A stretch of 63,904 bases of DNA, counting the filler, from an uncultured Methanosarcinales archaeon (GTDB lineage Archaea; Nanobdellota; Nanobdellia; Woesearchaeales; CAYNLP01): the NCBI GenBank assembly GCA_964398115.1. It is 3 parts of 3 records of this genome, joined end to end, with 100 filler letters (N's around TTAATTAATTAA, not from the genome) between each part and the next. Parts side by side here need not be neighbours in the genome. Positions count along the whole stretch, not along the records: positions 24,247 to 47,353 come from CAYNLP010000015.1; 2 more parts are not named here. One strand, written 5' to 3'. The translations under genes and the position numbers were made by a program. This document shows, piece by piece, positions 29,045 to 38,969 of this stretch. A model generated the notes under the pieces. It was not told the origin of the DNA. It worked only from the letters and a program-made list of their open reading frames with translations, and did no database searches. How positions within the stretch are numbered: the first letter of the stretch is position 1; every line of letters begins with the position of its first letter.

Positions 29045-30629
29045 AATCTATCACCTTTTCTTCTCCAGATATAGGATTTCTCAAGGGAATCGTTCCTTGT
29101 TCTGTTTGGGTTTGTATCCACGCTTCGTATTGATCTGGGAATTTTTCCTGCATTGCTCGTGCAGCATTTTGGAAACAATCCTGCCAATCTATTTCATCTC
29201 CGAAGTTTAAACTTCTGCTTCCAAGTTCGTAGTTTTTCCCATTTTTATCTAGGAATCCGACATTCTCTAATTCTCCTAAACTAGTTTCTACTAAGCCTTT
29301 TGTAATCCCAGAATTGGTCTTCCGCAACTGATGATATATATCTTTGGTAGTTGATGCTTTGTCTTCTTGCACCATGTCGATTATTCTATCTCCTAAAGCT
29401 GGTATGTCAAGTACGCTTAGAGTTAGTTGTTGACCATATAATGTGTGTACTAGGTTGGCGTCTTGTACGTTTACGAATAAATTACCATTTTGTTCATGAC
29501 GTTCGCTGTTATGGAATTTCGCGCTGGCTTCCATCAAGTCAAAGTAGTAATCGTTGAAGCTCAACGCCTTCGTTTCTTTCGGTATGAATTCATTGAGGTA
29601 AGCTGCGAATGGATTGATGTAATTATCGTATTCTTTTTGTAGACACTCATTCAAGTGTTGTTTTAATCCTTGAATTTCTTCATCGGTTATTTTTCGTTTT
29701 TCCTCTCTCGTCATCATACGTCTCTTTGCATCTTCGTTCAAAACGTCTTCCAAGTGTTCTTTAGAATTGTCTGTGTAGAGTTGTAAGAATCTTCTAGAAA
29801 GTTCTTGATCTTTGTTGTAGTTATTCTCAAAGGCGAGGGTGTAGATTATTTCTTTATCATGGCTTATTGTTTGTACTATGTTTTCTTTCTTACTTTGATC
29901 TCTTACTCTCCTGTTTGCGTCTCTCCCTTCCGTAATGTTCTTAACTACTTCAACTACGATGTTGTTTCCTCTGTTCATTGCTTTTTGAAGCTCTGGAATG
30001 TAAATTATTTCGTGATTGTTTATCTCTTCAGCGTTGTACATTTCTGCGGTTTCGCTAGAAAGTTCCATAGTGTAAACTTCATCTTCAAACAATTCTACCA
30101 ATGGATTTACTAAATGGCTTTTTCCACTCCCGCTTGGGCCTTCTATTCCGAAAGAAGTTTTGGATATTGTTGCTAATGTTTGTAGTATGCAATTGTCTTT
30201 TTCTCCTATCACTTCTTTGTCAGCGTAGTAATCTAAGAGTGTTTCAAGACTGGGACTTGTAGATTGGTATGTTGATTTAGAATCTATTTCTGATTTTGCT
30301 TGGTTTTCTGCCACGTACGCATCATTACTTCCAACCTGTATTTCAGAAGTTGAAATCTCGTTTGATTTTTTCTTATCAATCTTTTTTTGATCAGTGGCGG
30401 GTTTAATCACAGGTTTTTCTTCTACTTTTAACGTTTCCCTCTCTTTTTCTTTCTCTTCATCATTAGTTTGCTCTAATTCCCGTCGGAGTTCTATCAGGTC
30501 ACTAGCTAAACTATCTTTACCTATTCTTCGTAAATCTCTGTGTAATTCTTCCTTGTAGGAGTCTGTCATGAAAGTGGGGTCTAAAACGCTTTCTTTGAAG
30601 CTCTTTCCCAAATCTTTTATCGTACTCAT
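29028..30629 (-). CDS. MCM-like P-loop ATPase with C-terminal winged helix
   Basis: VIGE, Walker A GPSGSGKS, IIYIPE, ELSRRF Arg finger, C-terminal wHTH-like LGELENVGFL. Confidence 0.6.
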   Translation of the reverse strand: MSTIKDLGKSFKESVLDPTFMTDSYKEELHRDLRRIGKDSLASDLIELRRELEQTNDEEKEKERETLKVEEKPVIKPATDQKKIDKKKSNEISTSEIQVGSNDAYVAENQAKSEIDSKSTYQSTSPSLETLLDYYADKEVIGEKDNCILQTLATISKTSFGIEGPSGSGKSHLVNPLVELFEDEVYTMELSSETAEMYNAEEINNHEIIYIPELQKAMNRGNNIVVEVVKNITEGRDANRRVRDQSKKENIVQTISHDKEIIYTLAFENNYNKDQELSRRFLQLYTDNSKEHLEDVLNEDAKRRMMTREEKRKITDEEIQGLKQHLNECLQKEYDNYINPFAAYLNEFIPKETKALSFNDYYFDLMEASAKFHNSERHEQNGNLFVNVQDANLVHTLYGQQLTLSVLDIPALGDRIIDMVQEDKASTTKDIYHQLRKTNSGITKGLVETSLGELENVGFLDKNGKNYELGSRSLNFGDEIDWQDCFQNAARAMQEKFPDQYEAWIQTQTEQGTIPLRNPISGEEKVIDYDFNR

Positions 30630-32197
30630 GTTTCCACCCCAATTTGTTCTTCAACTCTTCTTCTAATTTCAAGTTCTTCTGCTCGTCTTTCTACCTCTTT
30701 TTCGATTTGGTATTCTTCTGCTCTTCGTAATTCTTCTTGATGTTGTTTGATTAGGTCAACGAGTTTTTCGTCATCAACCGTCTTGAAAGAGTTTTTCAAG
30801 TCTTGAAATGTTTCTCTATCGCACTTTATGTAATCGTCAAAGCCGTCGATATCCCATCCGGATAGTACCTTGTCGGTGGCTGTTCTAGCAACGTTTTTCA
30901 CATCCCTACCTGTAAAGTCTAACTCGTTGCAAAGGGCTCCTATGTCATTCCAGTTTTCAACTTGTACGTGTCCTTTTTCGATTGGTTGTTCAAGTTTTTT
31001 CTGCATCAATGTCGCGTATTGACTAGGAGTTTCTGGACCGTTGACTTTAACGAATTTTTCTCTTAGCCTGCTTGGTAGGGCATCATCTGAATTTATAGGA
31101 TAATTGGTTGTGGCGATTAAGAACCAGTTTCCTTTTCTTTGGCTGAACGCTCCTTCTAATTCGTTCATAAATGTTTGTAGATTGCTTTTGTCTTCACTAC
31201 TGTCGCTGTCATCTCTTCCGTGGAATATTGATTCTATGTCTTCAGCGACTAAGATGTTGAGTTTGTCGCCTTTGTTTACTTCTTGAAATATTTCTCTTAG
31301 TTTGTTAGCGCTTTCTGCGTAGTATTTGGTTTTGAAATTGTCTAATCTTTTCACATCTAATGGTTTGTCGTTGTATTCGGCTAGTTCTTGAGCGTGGTTG
31401 AGAATGGCCTCGATTGTGAAGCTTTTTCCTTGGCCTGGTTCGCTGTAAAAGTAGAATGTTTTCGGAAGTTCTCCAACGTCTTCATCCATTATGTTTACTT
31501 GTTCTTCAATGTCATAGAACATAATGTTGTATACTGCTCTGGTAAGGCTTTCTTTCATCTCTGTATTTCCTACAACATCATCTAGCGTGACTCCTGTCTT
31601 GGCTCGTGGACTATCGTAGGATCGTGTTTCGAAACCGTTGAACGTATGGTCTAATGCTTCTACATGTACTTGATTTGCTTTTCTCCTGTAAGTTTCGAAA
31701 CCGTTAGTTTTGGCTTTTTCAGAACTTTCTTCCTTAATCCATTTGAAGTAATCTGCTGTGAGATCCTTCGTTTCTTCTACACCGTTTTGATTTTCTACGG
31801 CGGAGATGTAATCTTCTAATAGTGTTCTGGTAACTCTTACCGGTCCTTGTTCAAAGTTTATTTCTCCTCCAAAAATTTGTGGAGGTTGTCTGTCGTATTC
31901 TAAAGTTTCTAATCCTTCTGTAGCTCCAGCGTAAAGGCTGTACATGAGTAGGAAAGTGTTTCTTTCATGTGAAGGTTTACCTAGGTGTTCACTTTCAGAA
32001 AGGGTTTCTCTGAAAGCTTCTCCTACTGTCATGAAGTCTTTGTAAGAGTCTACGACCTTGTTTATTTCTCCGTTGTTTCTGTAGCTAACATTGTGTAGTT
32101 TATTTTCTAGGTCGTAGATTCTTTTGTTGACTTTTCTGTCTACTTCTGCTCTTTTTCTTTCTACCAGTTCGTCATCTAACTGTAATATTTCAGGCAT
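30626..32197 (-). CDS. Classic-clade AAA ATPase with variant motifs
   Basis: TLDDVVG, SEPGQGKS, KYYAESA pore loop, ILVAEDIES, ATTNYP, SRLRE, FTGRDVKN. Confidence 0.8.
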   Translation of the reverse strand: MPEILQLDDELVERKRAEVDRKVNKRIYDLENKLHNVSYRNNGEINKVVDSYKDFMTVGEAFRETLSESEHLGKPSHERNTFLLMYSLYAGATEGLETLEYDRQPPQIFGGEINFEQGPVRVTRTLLEDYISAVENQNGVEETKDLTADYFKWIKEESSEKAKTNGFETYRRKANQVHVEALDHTFNGFETRSYDSPRAKTGVTLDDVVGNTEMKESLTRAVYNIMFYDIEEQVNIMDEDVGELPKTFYFYSEPGQGKSFTIEAILNHAQELAEYNDKPLDVKRLDNFKTKYYAESANKLREIFQEVNKGDKLNILVAEDIESIFHGRDDSDSSEDKSNLQTFMNELEGAFSQRKGNWFLIATTNYPINSDDALPSRLREKFVKVNGPETPSQYATLMQKKLEQPIEKGHVQVENWNDIGALCNELDFTGRDVKNVARTATDKVLSGWDIDGFDDYIKCDRETFQDLKNSFKTVDDEKLVDLIKQHQEELRRAEEYQIEKEVERRAEELEIRRRVEEQIGVET

Positions 32198-32231
32198 TTT
32201 TGTTCACCCCAAAGTCCGGAAGGAGTGTTTT

Positions 32232-33257
32232 TTAGACTTCGTAGCCTGGACCTCCTTCCATTCTGCGTCTTTCTCTGATTTCGTCAACTCTCTGGTCAAG
32301 GTATTCTTCGTGTTTCCTTCCTTGTTCTGCTAGTTCGTCCATCACGGTATTCCCTTCTTGACCGTTTTGGTAGAGTGGTTGACCTCCGTTTAGTGTGGGC
32401 AATTTGCCACTTTCTAATTCGCCTTCTAGAACTTCCTCTACATGCTCTTCTAAGTTTTGCCAGTCTACACGTGTTCCTTTGACTGCTTGCATTATGTCCA
32501 TGCTGCTTACTCCGTTATTCAACGCGATTTCCGCTACTCTAATTCTTTCTTGATTCTTGTGGTAGCAGTCTCGCAGGATGTTCCTACGATTTCTTTCAAC
32601 GGCTATTTTTTGAGCAAGCATTTGGCTGGCTTTATCCTCTCTAACGTAGATTGACTTGACCTCATCTAGTTTTTGCTTAACTTCTCTTTTTTTCTGTTTC
32701 ACATCTTTGAGTTCTTCTCTGGTTTCTCTGTAGGAGAGATCTCCTCTTTCTTCAAACGCTCTTTTTTTATCTTCTCTGTATTGACTACGGAGTTGTTCTT
32801 CTCTTTGACTAAGATGTTTGAGAGTTGTTTCATAGTCATCCATGAGAGAGTCGGCTGAGGTTACTTTGTCTTCGCTTTCTTGAATTTCATCTATCAGATT
32901 TTCAAGCCTGTGATCTACTTGTCGGGCTTTGTCTTCTAATTCTTGGCTTCCTTCTCTCATTTGATCTAGTTGTCGGTATAGGAAGTTTTCTGCGTCGTAA
33001 AGTCCAACCTTGTCTAAGAATTCAAACACGGGTTGGAATTCTTGAGATGTGTATTCAGAGAGTATGTTCTCTCTAATTTCTGTTTGTTTTCTGTCTAGTC
33101 TTTCAATTGCGTCGTTTATTTCGCTGATGTTTCTGCCATCTAAGTCTCCTCCGTGAAACACTATTTTTTCTAGTTCACTAGTGCTGGGAGCCTTTCCACC
33201 CCCGTTTGTTCTTGGTCTTTCATTTTCTTGTTGAGTAGTTGTTCGTTGCATTTTCAT
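32232..33257 (-). CDS. Coiled-coil protein, possibly PspA/ESCRT-III-like
   Basis: Long helical hairpin; GGAGGTG SD; loose PspA resemblance by eye. Confidence 0.6.
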   Translation of the reverse strand: MKMQRTTTQQENERPRTNGGGKAPSTSELEKIVFHGGDLDGRNISEINDAIERLDRKQTEIRENILSEYTSQEFQPVFEFLDKVGLYDAENFLYRQLDQMREGSQELEDKARQVDHRLENLIDEIQESEDKVTSADSLMDDYETTLKHLSQREEQLRSQYREDKKRAFEERGDLSYRETREELKDVKQKKREVKQKLDEVKSIYVREDKASQMLAQKIAVERNRRNILRDCYHKNQERIRVAEIALNNGVSSMDIMQAVKGTRVDWQNLEEHVEEVLEGELESGKLPTLNGGQPLYQNGQEGNTVMDELAEQGRKHEEYLDQRVDEIRERRRMEGGPGYEV

Positions 33258-33370
33258 GCACCTCCTAAAATTCTTTTTACCTCTGAATTGTCTAGAGGCT
33301 GGTTAGGGTTGCTGCATTTCTCATTACTATCTTAATAGGTTCGACTTTCTGTTTTGTCGAAATGTTTGAT

Positions 33371-33613
33371 CTACTCGTACGTCATGATTTCTGACTCGTA
33401 AGATACTTCTTCAATGCCGGTTTCTTCCAGAATCATAGAGTGTTGTAATCCATATTTTGAATTAGTTTCCAGAGATTCTTCTCGGTCTAGTACTTCAGAC
33501 TGAAGTCTTTGATCTAATGTTTCTGCTTCTGTGTCGTCGCATCCTGCGCAGGTTCCCAGTAGGAATCCTAGGCTTGCCCATCCGATGTTTTTGGCAGTTC
33601 TTGTGAGTTTCAT
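33371..33613 (-). CDS. Small putative lipoprotein
   Basis: Basic N-terminus, hydrophobic segment, CAGC lipobox-like end. Confidence 0.6.
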   Translation of the reverse strand: MKLTRTAKNIGWASLGFLLGTCAGCDDTEAETLDQRLQSEVLDREESLETNSKYGLQHSMILEETGIEEVSYESEIMTYE

Positions 33614-34120
33614 TTAGAATACCTCCTGGATTTTGTTTTCAAGTGAGTTGTACATTCCTTGCATTTTGTCCCAAAGGTCTTGTCCGCTGTCTTTCACTAC
33701 TTCTTTAGCGCTATTACCAGCTAGTTTCCTTTGGTATTTTCTGCTCAGATTATCCGTTCTTTCTTCCATTAAAGCGTAGGCGGTGCTGTCTGGCATACTG
33801 TTTACCAGATTTCCTGTTACCCGGTTTCTTGCAGAATCACTCAACGCGTTTGCGGCTATGTATACTGTTTGTGAGATGTCGTCGCTGTATTTAGATAGGT
33901 CTTCTTCCTCTCTGAGTTGTTCTATGAATTCGTTAGCCTCTTCTTCAACATCAGTTGTAAATGGTTCTGATACTGTTTCTTTGGCTCCTTCGTAGGCGTT
34001 TCCTATTGTTTCTCCTACGTTTAGTTGATCCCCTGCATATAGCAAAGCACCAACTGTTGTAACCCCTGCTACAACTTTTTTCCAGTTTGTACCTGATTGC
34101 GTACGTTCATCTAGCGGCAT
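33614..34120 (-). CDS. Single-pass membrane-anchored helical protein
   Basis: KKVVAGVTTVGALLYAG anchor; GGGAGG SD; TATA at ~34203-34217. Confidence 0.7.
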   Translation of the reverse strand: MPLDERTQSGTNWKKVVAGVTTVGALLYAGDQLNVGETIGNAYEGAKETVSEPFTTDVEEEANEFIEQLREEEDLSKYSDDISQTVYIAANALSDSARNRVTGNLVNSMPDSTAYALMEERTDNLSRKYQRKLAGNSAKEVVKDSGQDLWDKMQGMYNSLENKIQEVF

Positions 34121-34282
34121 CGTTATTCAACCTCCCACGGTATCGAAATGTTAAAATACCGCGTTTTTGTATTGTTTTTTACGTTTCAGAAACTAGATAC
34201 ACCTTTATATTTATAAACATAAGCTGTAGTGTTTACCACTACACATTTTCATTGTTTTGTAGAATTAGTTTTTTGGATATGT

Positions 34283-35791
34283 TCAAAGTGCTTCTTCAGC
34301 TAGAGAAGGGAATTCTGATTTCCAAGTTTGATATGTCCTATGTCCTTTCTCCAATCTTGACAACAAATCTTCAATATTTTCATTCATTTCTTTCACTCTC
34401 TCAATATCTAACAACTCCTCTTCATCAATATCCATCTCGTTCGCTTCATCCACCAAATTAAGAAGTTTCTCAATTTCGCTTTCAACTCTGTCTTGTAAGA
34501 CTTGTTGGAATGGATTTCCATAGTCGTCATGCACCTTTGGGATTTCCTCTTCTCTTATTTCTTCTAATAACTCGCTTCGGTAATCCTCTCTTATACCAGA
34601 TAATTGTTCAATAGCTTCAGGTGAAGTGAAACCAGAATTAGGAATTTCTTCTTCCAATCTTTCTCTATACTTTTTCATCAACGGATCTAAGTCTATTCTT
34701 ATACTGTCTTCAACTTCACTCATTAACTTAGGATCAAGAACTCCAAAGTTTTTTAATTCACTGACTTTCTTTTCTAATTCAGATCTTTCTTCACTTTTTA
34801 GCTTATCCTTAGAAGTAAGTGTTTTAACATCTGTCAATACAGAAATTTGGAAATTATTATCTCGAGCGTATTGGAAATGATTTAATAGTTCTTCAGCAGT
34901 TTGGAAACGCCTGTTGGGATCACGCCTCATCGCTCTTATCACGATTGGTGAGAAATCCTCTATACCCTCATAATCTAAACTTTCAGGGTTCAATTCTTGC
35001 TTCCTATCTTGGATGTTTCTCATTTTATATTCAGTAGGATTAACATTTTCACCAGGGAGGTTTTCTTCAGTAAGGTTAAACGGATTTCTAGCTGTTAAGA
35101 GTTCATAAAGTAGTAATCCTGCTGCATAGATGTCCGCTCTCTGATCTGCTTTTCCTTTAGCTTCTTCTGGTGCTCTATAACTAAGAGTTCCTTTTGCAGA
35201 AGTTGATTTCTTAATATACGTTGCCAGTCCAAAATCTCCTAATTTTGCAACCCTTTCTTCTCCATCAAAAATTAGAACATTACTGGGTTTTACGTCTCTA
35301 TGGTAATTAGTGTGGATTTCTCCTTCGCCACCACTAATTTCTAACTGGTGGAAATTACTTAATCCTTTAACAAAGTCTTCATAGAGTTTAATTTTTTCCT
35401 CATCGGTTATAGGACCGTGAGTTACTCCTTCACTATCTGTATAATGATCTGATCCCACTACTTCATCTAACCCGGCGTTTGCTAATTCCATTAATAGCGC
35501 TGGATATTCTCTATTGCTTCCTTGAGGACTTAATGATAGATAGTCTAAAACGTCTACAACATGAGGTGTTGATTTTCCCATAATCCTCGCTTCTTTTTGG
35601 TACAAAGAATGCACTCTAGGGTTATCATCTTTAGTTACTTTCACTGCTACATTCCTGCCTAAGCTCTGATCATATGCTCTAATAACATCTCCTTGGGATC
35701 CTGATCCTAACGGTTTAAATTGTGTGAATCTGCTTCTGCCCTGATGTTGTTCTGAACTTAAAATATTTATTAATTCTCCAAATCTGCTCAT
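34283..35791 (-). CDS. Hanks-type Ser/Thr protein kinase with helical C-terminal domain
   Basis: GSGSQG, VAVK, HRDVKPSN, DFG, APE, DIYAAG. Confidence 0.93.
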   Translation of the reverse strand: MSRFGELINILSSEQHQGRSRFTQFKPLGSGSQGDVIRAYDQSLGRNVAVKVTKDDNPRVHSLYQKEARIMGKSTPHVVDVLDYLSLSPQGSNREYPALLMELANAGLDEVVGSDHYTDSEGVTHGPITDEEKIKLYEDFVKGLSNFHQLEISGGEGEIHTNYHRDVKPSNVLIFDGEERVAKLGDFGLATYIKKSTSAKGTLSYRAPEEAKGKADQRADIYAAGLLLYELLTARNPFNLTEENLPGENVNPTEYKMRNIQDRKQELNPESLDYEGIEDFSPIVIRAMRRDPNRRFQTAEELLNHFQYARDNNFQISVLTDVKTLTSKDKLKSEERSELEKKVSELKNFGVLDPKLMSEVEDSIRIDLDPLMKKYRERLEEEIPNSGFTSPEAIEQLSGIREDYRSELLEEIREEEIPKVHDDYGNPFQQVLQDRVESEIEKLLNLVDEANEMDIDEEELLDIERVKEMNENIEDLLSRLEKGHRTYQTWKSEFPSLAEEAL

Positions 35792-36627
35792 CTTCTTACA
35801 CCTCTAATCGTAATTGCTGAGGCGTTGTCTGAACCTGCCAAGCCTTGATATACTTCATCCTTTGACATGTCTTTTTCTTTTGCTATCATTTTCACAACGT
35901 CTTCTGGATTGTTTGTTTTCTCCACTATTTTTTGAGAAGGTTTTTCCTCTTCTAATAATTTTGTTAGTTCTTCATGGCTGACTGTGTTGTAAACTCCGTC
36001 GGTAATCATCAACATTGTGGTTCCTACCTCTATGTTACCGGAATATGTTTCTACTTCTATTTTTTCATTCTTGCCTAAAGATTGTGGTGATGATTTTTGA
36101 TCTTGATTGATGATTGTCTGTGGGTATTGTAAATTTTCAACTAAGTAAGTGGCTTGGTCTTCAGTTATTTGCTCTAGTTCGTTTCTCGCTCTGTAAATTC
36201 TTGAATCTCCAACATGCCCCGCTACGTATTGACCTGTTTCCGATAATACCAGAACATCTAGCGTGGTTCCAGTACCGTCATTATATCTTTCATTTAATTT
36301 CTTGTTTAGGAAAGTGAAGCTTTGGGTTAAGTGTTGTGCGAGTTCTTCTGAAAAATCATTTCTTAACAGGTAATCATCTAATTCCTGGATAACATTTTTT
36401 GTTGCTTCCTCTCCCGCTTCAGATCCGTAGTTGCCGTGACCGTCTGCAATAGCAGCTATTACGTAACCCCTAGTGGCAACTCCGTTTAAAGCGTCTTCTA
36501 AAAATTCTGTAAATCTTCTATTTGTTACTGGACCTCTGGTTTTTACTCTCGTCGAATCTTGATTTTCTTGAAAACTACTGTCTTTTTGTTTTCCTATATC
36601 CTGGGCTTGACTTATTTCGAATTTCAT
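35788..36627 (-). CDS. PP2C/PPM-family protein phosphatase
   Basis: ENQD, IADGHG, GTT, HVGDSR, TDGV, DNAS. Confidence 0.92.
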   Translation of the reverse strand: MKFEISQAQDIGKQKDSSFQENQDSTRVKTRGPVTNRRFTEFLEDALNGVATRGYVIAAIADGHGNYGSEAGEEATKNVIQELDDYLLRNDFSEELAQHLTQSFTFLNKKLNERYNDGTGTTLDVLVLSETGQYVAGHVGDSRIYRARNELEQITEDQATYLVENLQYPQTIINQDQKSSPQSLGKNEKIEVETYSGNIEVGTTMLMITDGVYNTVSHEELTKLLEEEKPSQKIVEKTNNPEDVVKMIAKEKDMSKDEVYQGLAGSDNASAITIRGVRR

Positions 36628-38921
36628 TTTTCGACGTAATGCGGGTGTATGTTTAAACCTGGTATTTCTATTCTAGTTCTTGTTGCAAAACTTTTTTCTG
36701 AAACGTATACAAAGTTATCTCTAGCTAGCAACGTTCCTCGTTCAAATCCATGTATATCAGTTGGGGTCATTTTTAATTGAGTATCTTTTTTATCTTCGGA
36801 GTTTAAATCCGTTCTTCTTAGTTTATTTTCTGTCACTGTTATTAGTTCAAGGTTTTCTCTTCCTTGGTAGAGGTCAAAAATACCTTTTCTTGTTTTATGT
36901 TCTCTTCGACTTTCAGGATTGTCAGTCATCCAGTGGTGTAGCTTTGTTGGGTCCATAGCGCTTGATGCAAGTACAACGTTTTCACCGGCATGGATGTTTG
37001 TAACCCAGTTTACAAGTCCATTGTAATTTCTAACGAGTTCTCCATCTTCATCTAACATGTGTACTGTTCCTTCCCCTCCAATAAAGTATACTGGTTGGTC
37101 TCCTATCCTAGCTTTATCCAAAGCGTTTGCTCGTTGACTGCCACTTTCTCTCAATTTATCAGTTATATCTATATCTCTCACTTCACCAATTTGATTTCCT
37201 GACTGTCTATCAACATCAAATGTTTTAATTCCTATCCTACCACTTCTGGTATACAGCACATTTATTTGGTTCAAACCTCCAACCAAGTCTTCTATTTCAT
37301 ATCCTTGTAACTTTTTACTTCCGACATCACCATTTATCACATCAGCAGCGAAAACTTCTTCATATGTTCTTTGATTTCTGTCACTCCACCTCATAGTTCC
37401 AAGAGCAAGTCGTCCTCTTAGTTCTAAATCGTTAATTGTAGTGGTAGATTTTGACATGCCTCTTTCTTCCAGTTCAAACCCTCCAAGTCGTGAGAAGTCT
37501 TCAAGTTTGAATACTTCATAAGTGTATTGTCCATCAGTTTGTAGTAGTATCTTTCCTGAAAGTCCTAAGTTTTCATATTCAGGATTTTTAGTTCCTGGTT
37601 TAACTCTGACCTTTTGTGGAGGGGGTGTTTCTCTCCTTTCAATATCGTTTTCTGGAACTGTAACATAAGAACTGGGTAGTGAACCATCCATTTTTCTCAT
37701 AAATCTTTCTGACAATTCTTCGGCTTTTTCTTCAAGCTCACTTTGACTCATCCCTTTGTTGTCATCTTCCATCCGGTTTAGTATTTCATCTCTAATGTCT
37801 TTTCGGTCAACATTTCCAGAAATAAGGTCTAACATCTTTACTTGATCTGAGATAGCTTGATCTATTTTTTCTTGATGTCCTGCTTTGAGTCCTTTAATCC
37901 AGTTTCCGTCGTCTTTGGGTACTGCGTAGAAGTTGTGGAAACTTACAGGTTGTGTTACGAAAGCACCGCCGTTTTCACTTTCGTATAGGCTTGAAGCTGT
38001 TATTTCTTCTTCAGACATTATTGATGTGACTGTATCGTATATTGCTCTGGCTGTTTCTTCTACTGTACCGACTTCCAATCCTATTAATGATTTAGCGTGT
38101 TGTTGAATGTCACTTGCAAGTTCTGCAGGTGTTAAGTCCAAATTCGGTGGTGGTACTTTGTCATTAATTTGAAGGTTTTCTAAAACGGGCCATGGGTCGC
38201 TGTGACTTCCTACTACGTATGCGTTTTCTACTACAGCTCTTAAGTTAGTGGATTCCATTCCCTTCAAGTTCTTCCTCTCATTTTGTAGTTCACGATATTT
38301 CTTTCTTATCAGTGAAACTAGCCGATTTTGGTCTGTTTGGCTTAACCCTACTACTCTTCTTGGATCCACATTGCTGGTTTGAGAGAATACGGAAGACATA
38401 GCGCCAACTTCATTCGTAACTACAAGGACGGATCCATCATAATCTTCAGGAAATCTCTCAGCAATATCCTTAATTTTTGGAGCATTAAGAACAGTCATGA
38501 TGTTTCGGTTGAATCCAATCTCGTTTTTGTCTGTCCAACTTCGGTAATTTCGATATTCTTCAGAAGCCGCGGTTATTACAGAAATGTCAACATCTTCCAT
38601 GAATTCTTCCATGTGACTATATTTTTTTGGTCTAAGATTGGCTTGGTGCACATCTTGTCCTCTAGCGGTGTCTACACTACGACCCCATTGTGTTGGAAGA
38701 TTTTCTTGCTCGCTGGCCATGTAAATATTTTCAATCCAGAAACTGTGTTTAGGTGGGAATATATCGTTTAAAGCAAATACTGTATTTCTTCCCACGCTCC
38801 CCATACCTAGAACTGCTATGTTGTACTCTACTTGTTTGTTCGCCTGTCTTCCTTTTTCACGCAGGTCTTCCTTGAGGACGTCCTCTATAGTGTCTTGCAG
38901 GTTGAAATCTATCATGATCAT
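36624..38921 (-). CDS. LDH/MDH-fold dehydrogenase fused to beta-rich (propeller-like) domain
   Basis: GMGSVG, VVTN, TDQNR, VVGSH; C-terminal ~310 aa beta-strand repeats. Confidence 0.7.
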   Translation of the reverse strand: MIMIDFNLQDTIEDVLKEDLREKGRQANKQVEYNIAVLGMGSVGRNTVFALNDIFPPKHSFWIENIYMASEQENLPTQWGRSVDTARGQDVHQANLRPKKYSHMEEFMEDVDISVITAASEEYRNYRSWTDKNEIGFNRNIMTVLNAPKIKDIAERFPEDYDGSVLVVTNEVGAMSSVFSQTSNVDPRRVVGLSQTDQNRLVSLIRKKYRELQNERKNLKGMESTNLRAVVENAYVVGSHSDPWPVLENLQINDKVPPPNLDLTPAELASDIQQHAKSLIGLEVGTVEETARAIYDTVTSIMSEEEITASSLYESENGGAFVTQPVSFHNFYAVPKDDGNWIKGLKAGHQEKIDQAISDQVKMLDLISGNVDRKDIRDEILNRMEDDNKGMSQSELEEKAEELSERFMRKMDGSLPSSYVTVPENDIERRETPPPQKVRVKPGTKNPEYENLGLSGKILLQTDGQYTYEVFKLEDFSRLGGFELEERGMSKSTTTINDLELRGRLALGTMRWSDRNQRTYEEVFAADVINGDVGSKKLQGYEIEDLVGGLNQINVLYTRSGRIGIKTFDVDRQSGNQIGEVRDIDITDKLRESGSQRANALDKARIGDQPVYFIGGEGTVHMLDEDGELVRNYNGLVNWVTNIHAGENVVLASSAMDPTKLHHWMTDNPESRREHKTRKGIFDLYQGRENLELITVTENKLRRTDLNSEDKKDTQLKMTPTDIHGFERGTLLARDNFVYVSEKSFATRTRIEIPGLNIHPHYVEK

Positions 38922-38969
38922 CCTTCCTTATTTAGTACTTTCAAGTCGATACGAGTTTAAAGATTTTTA

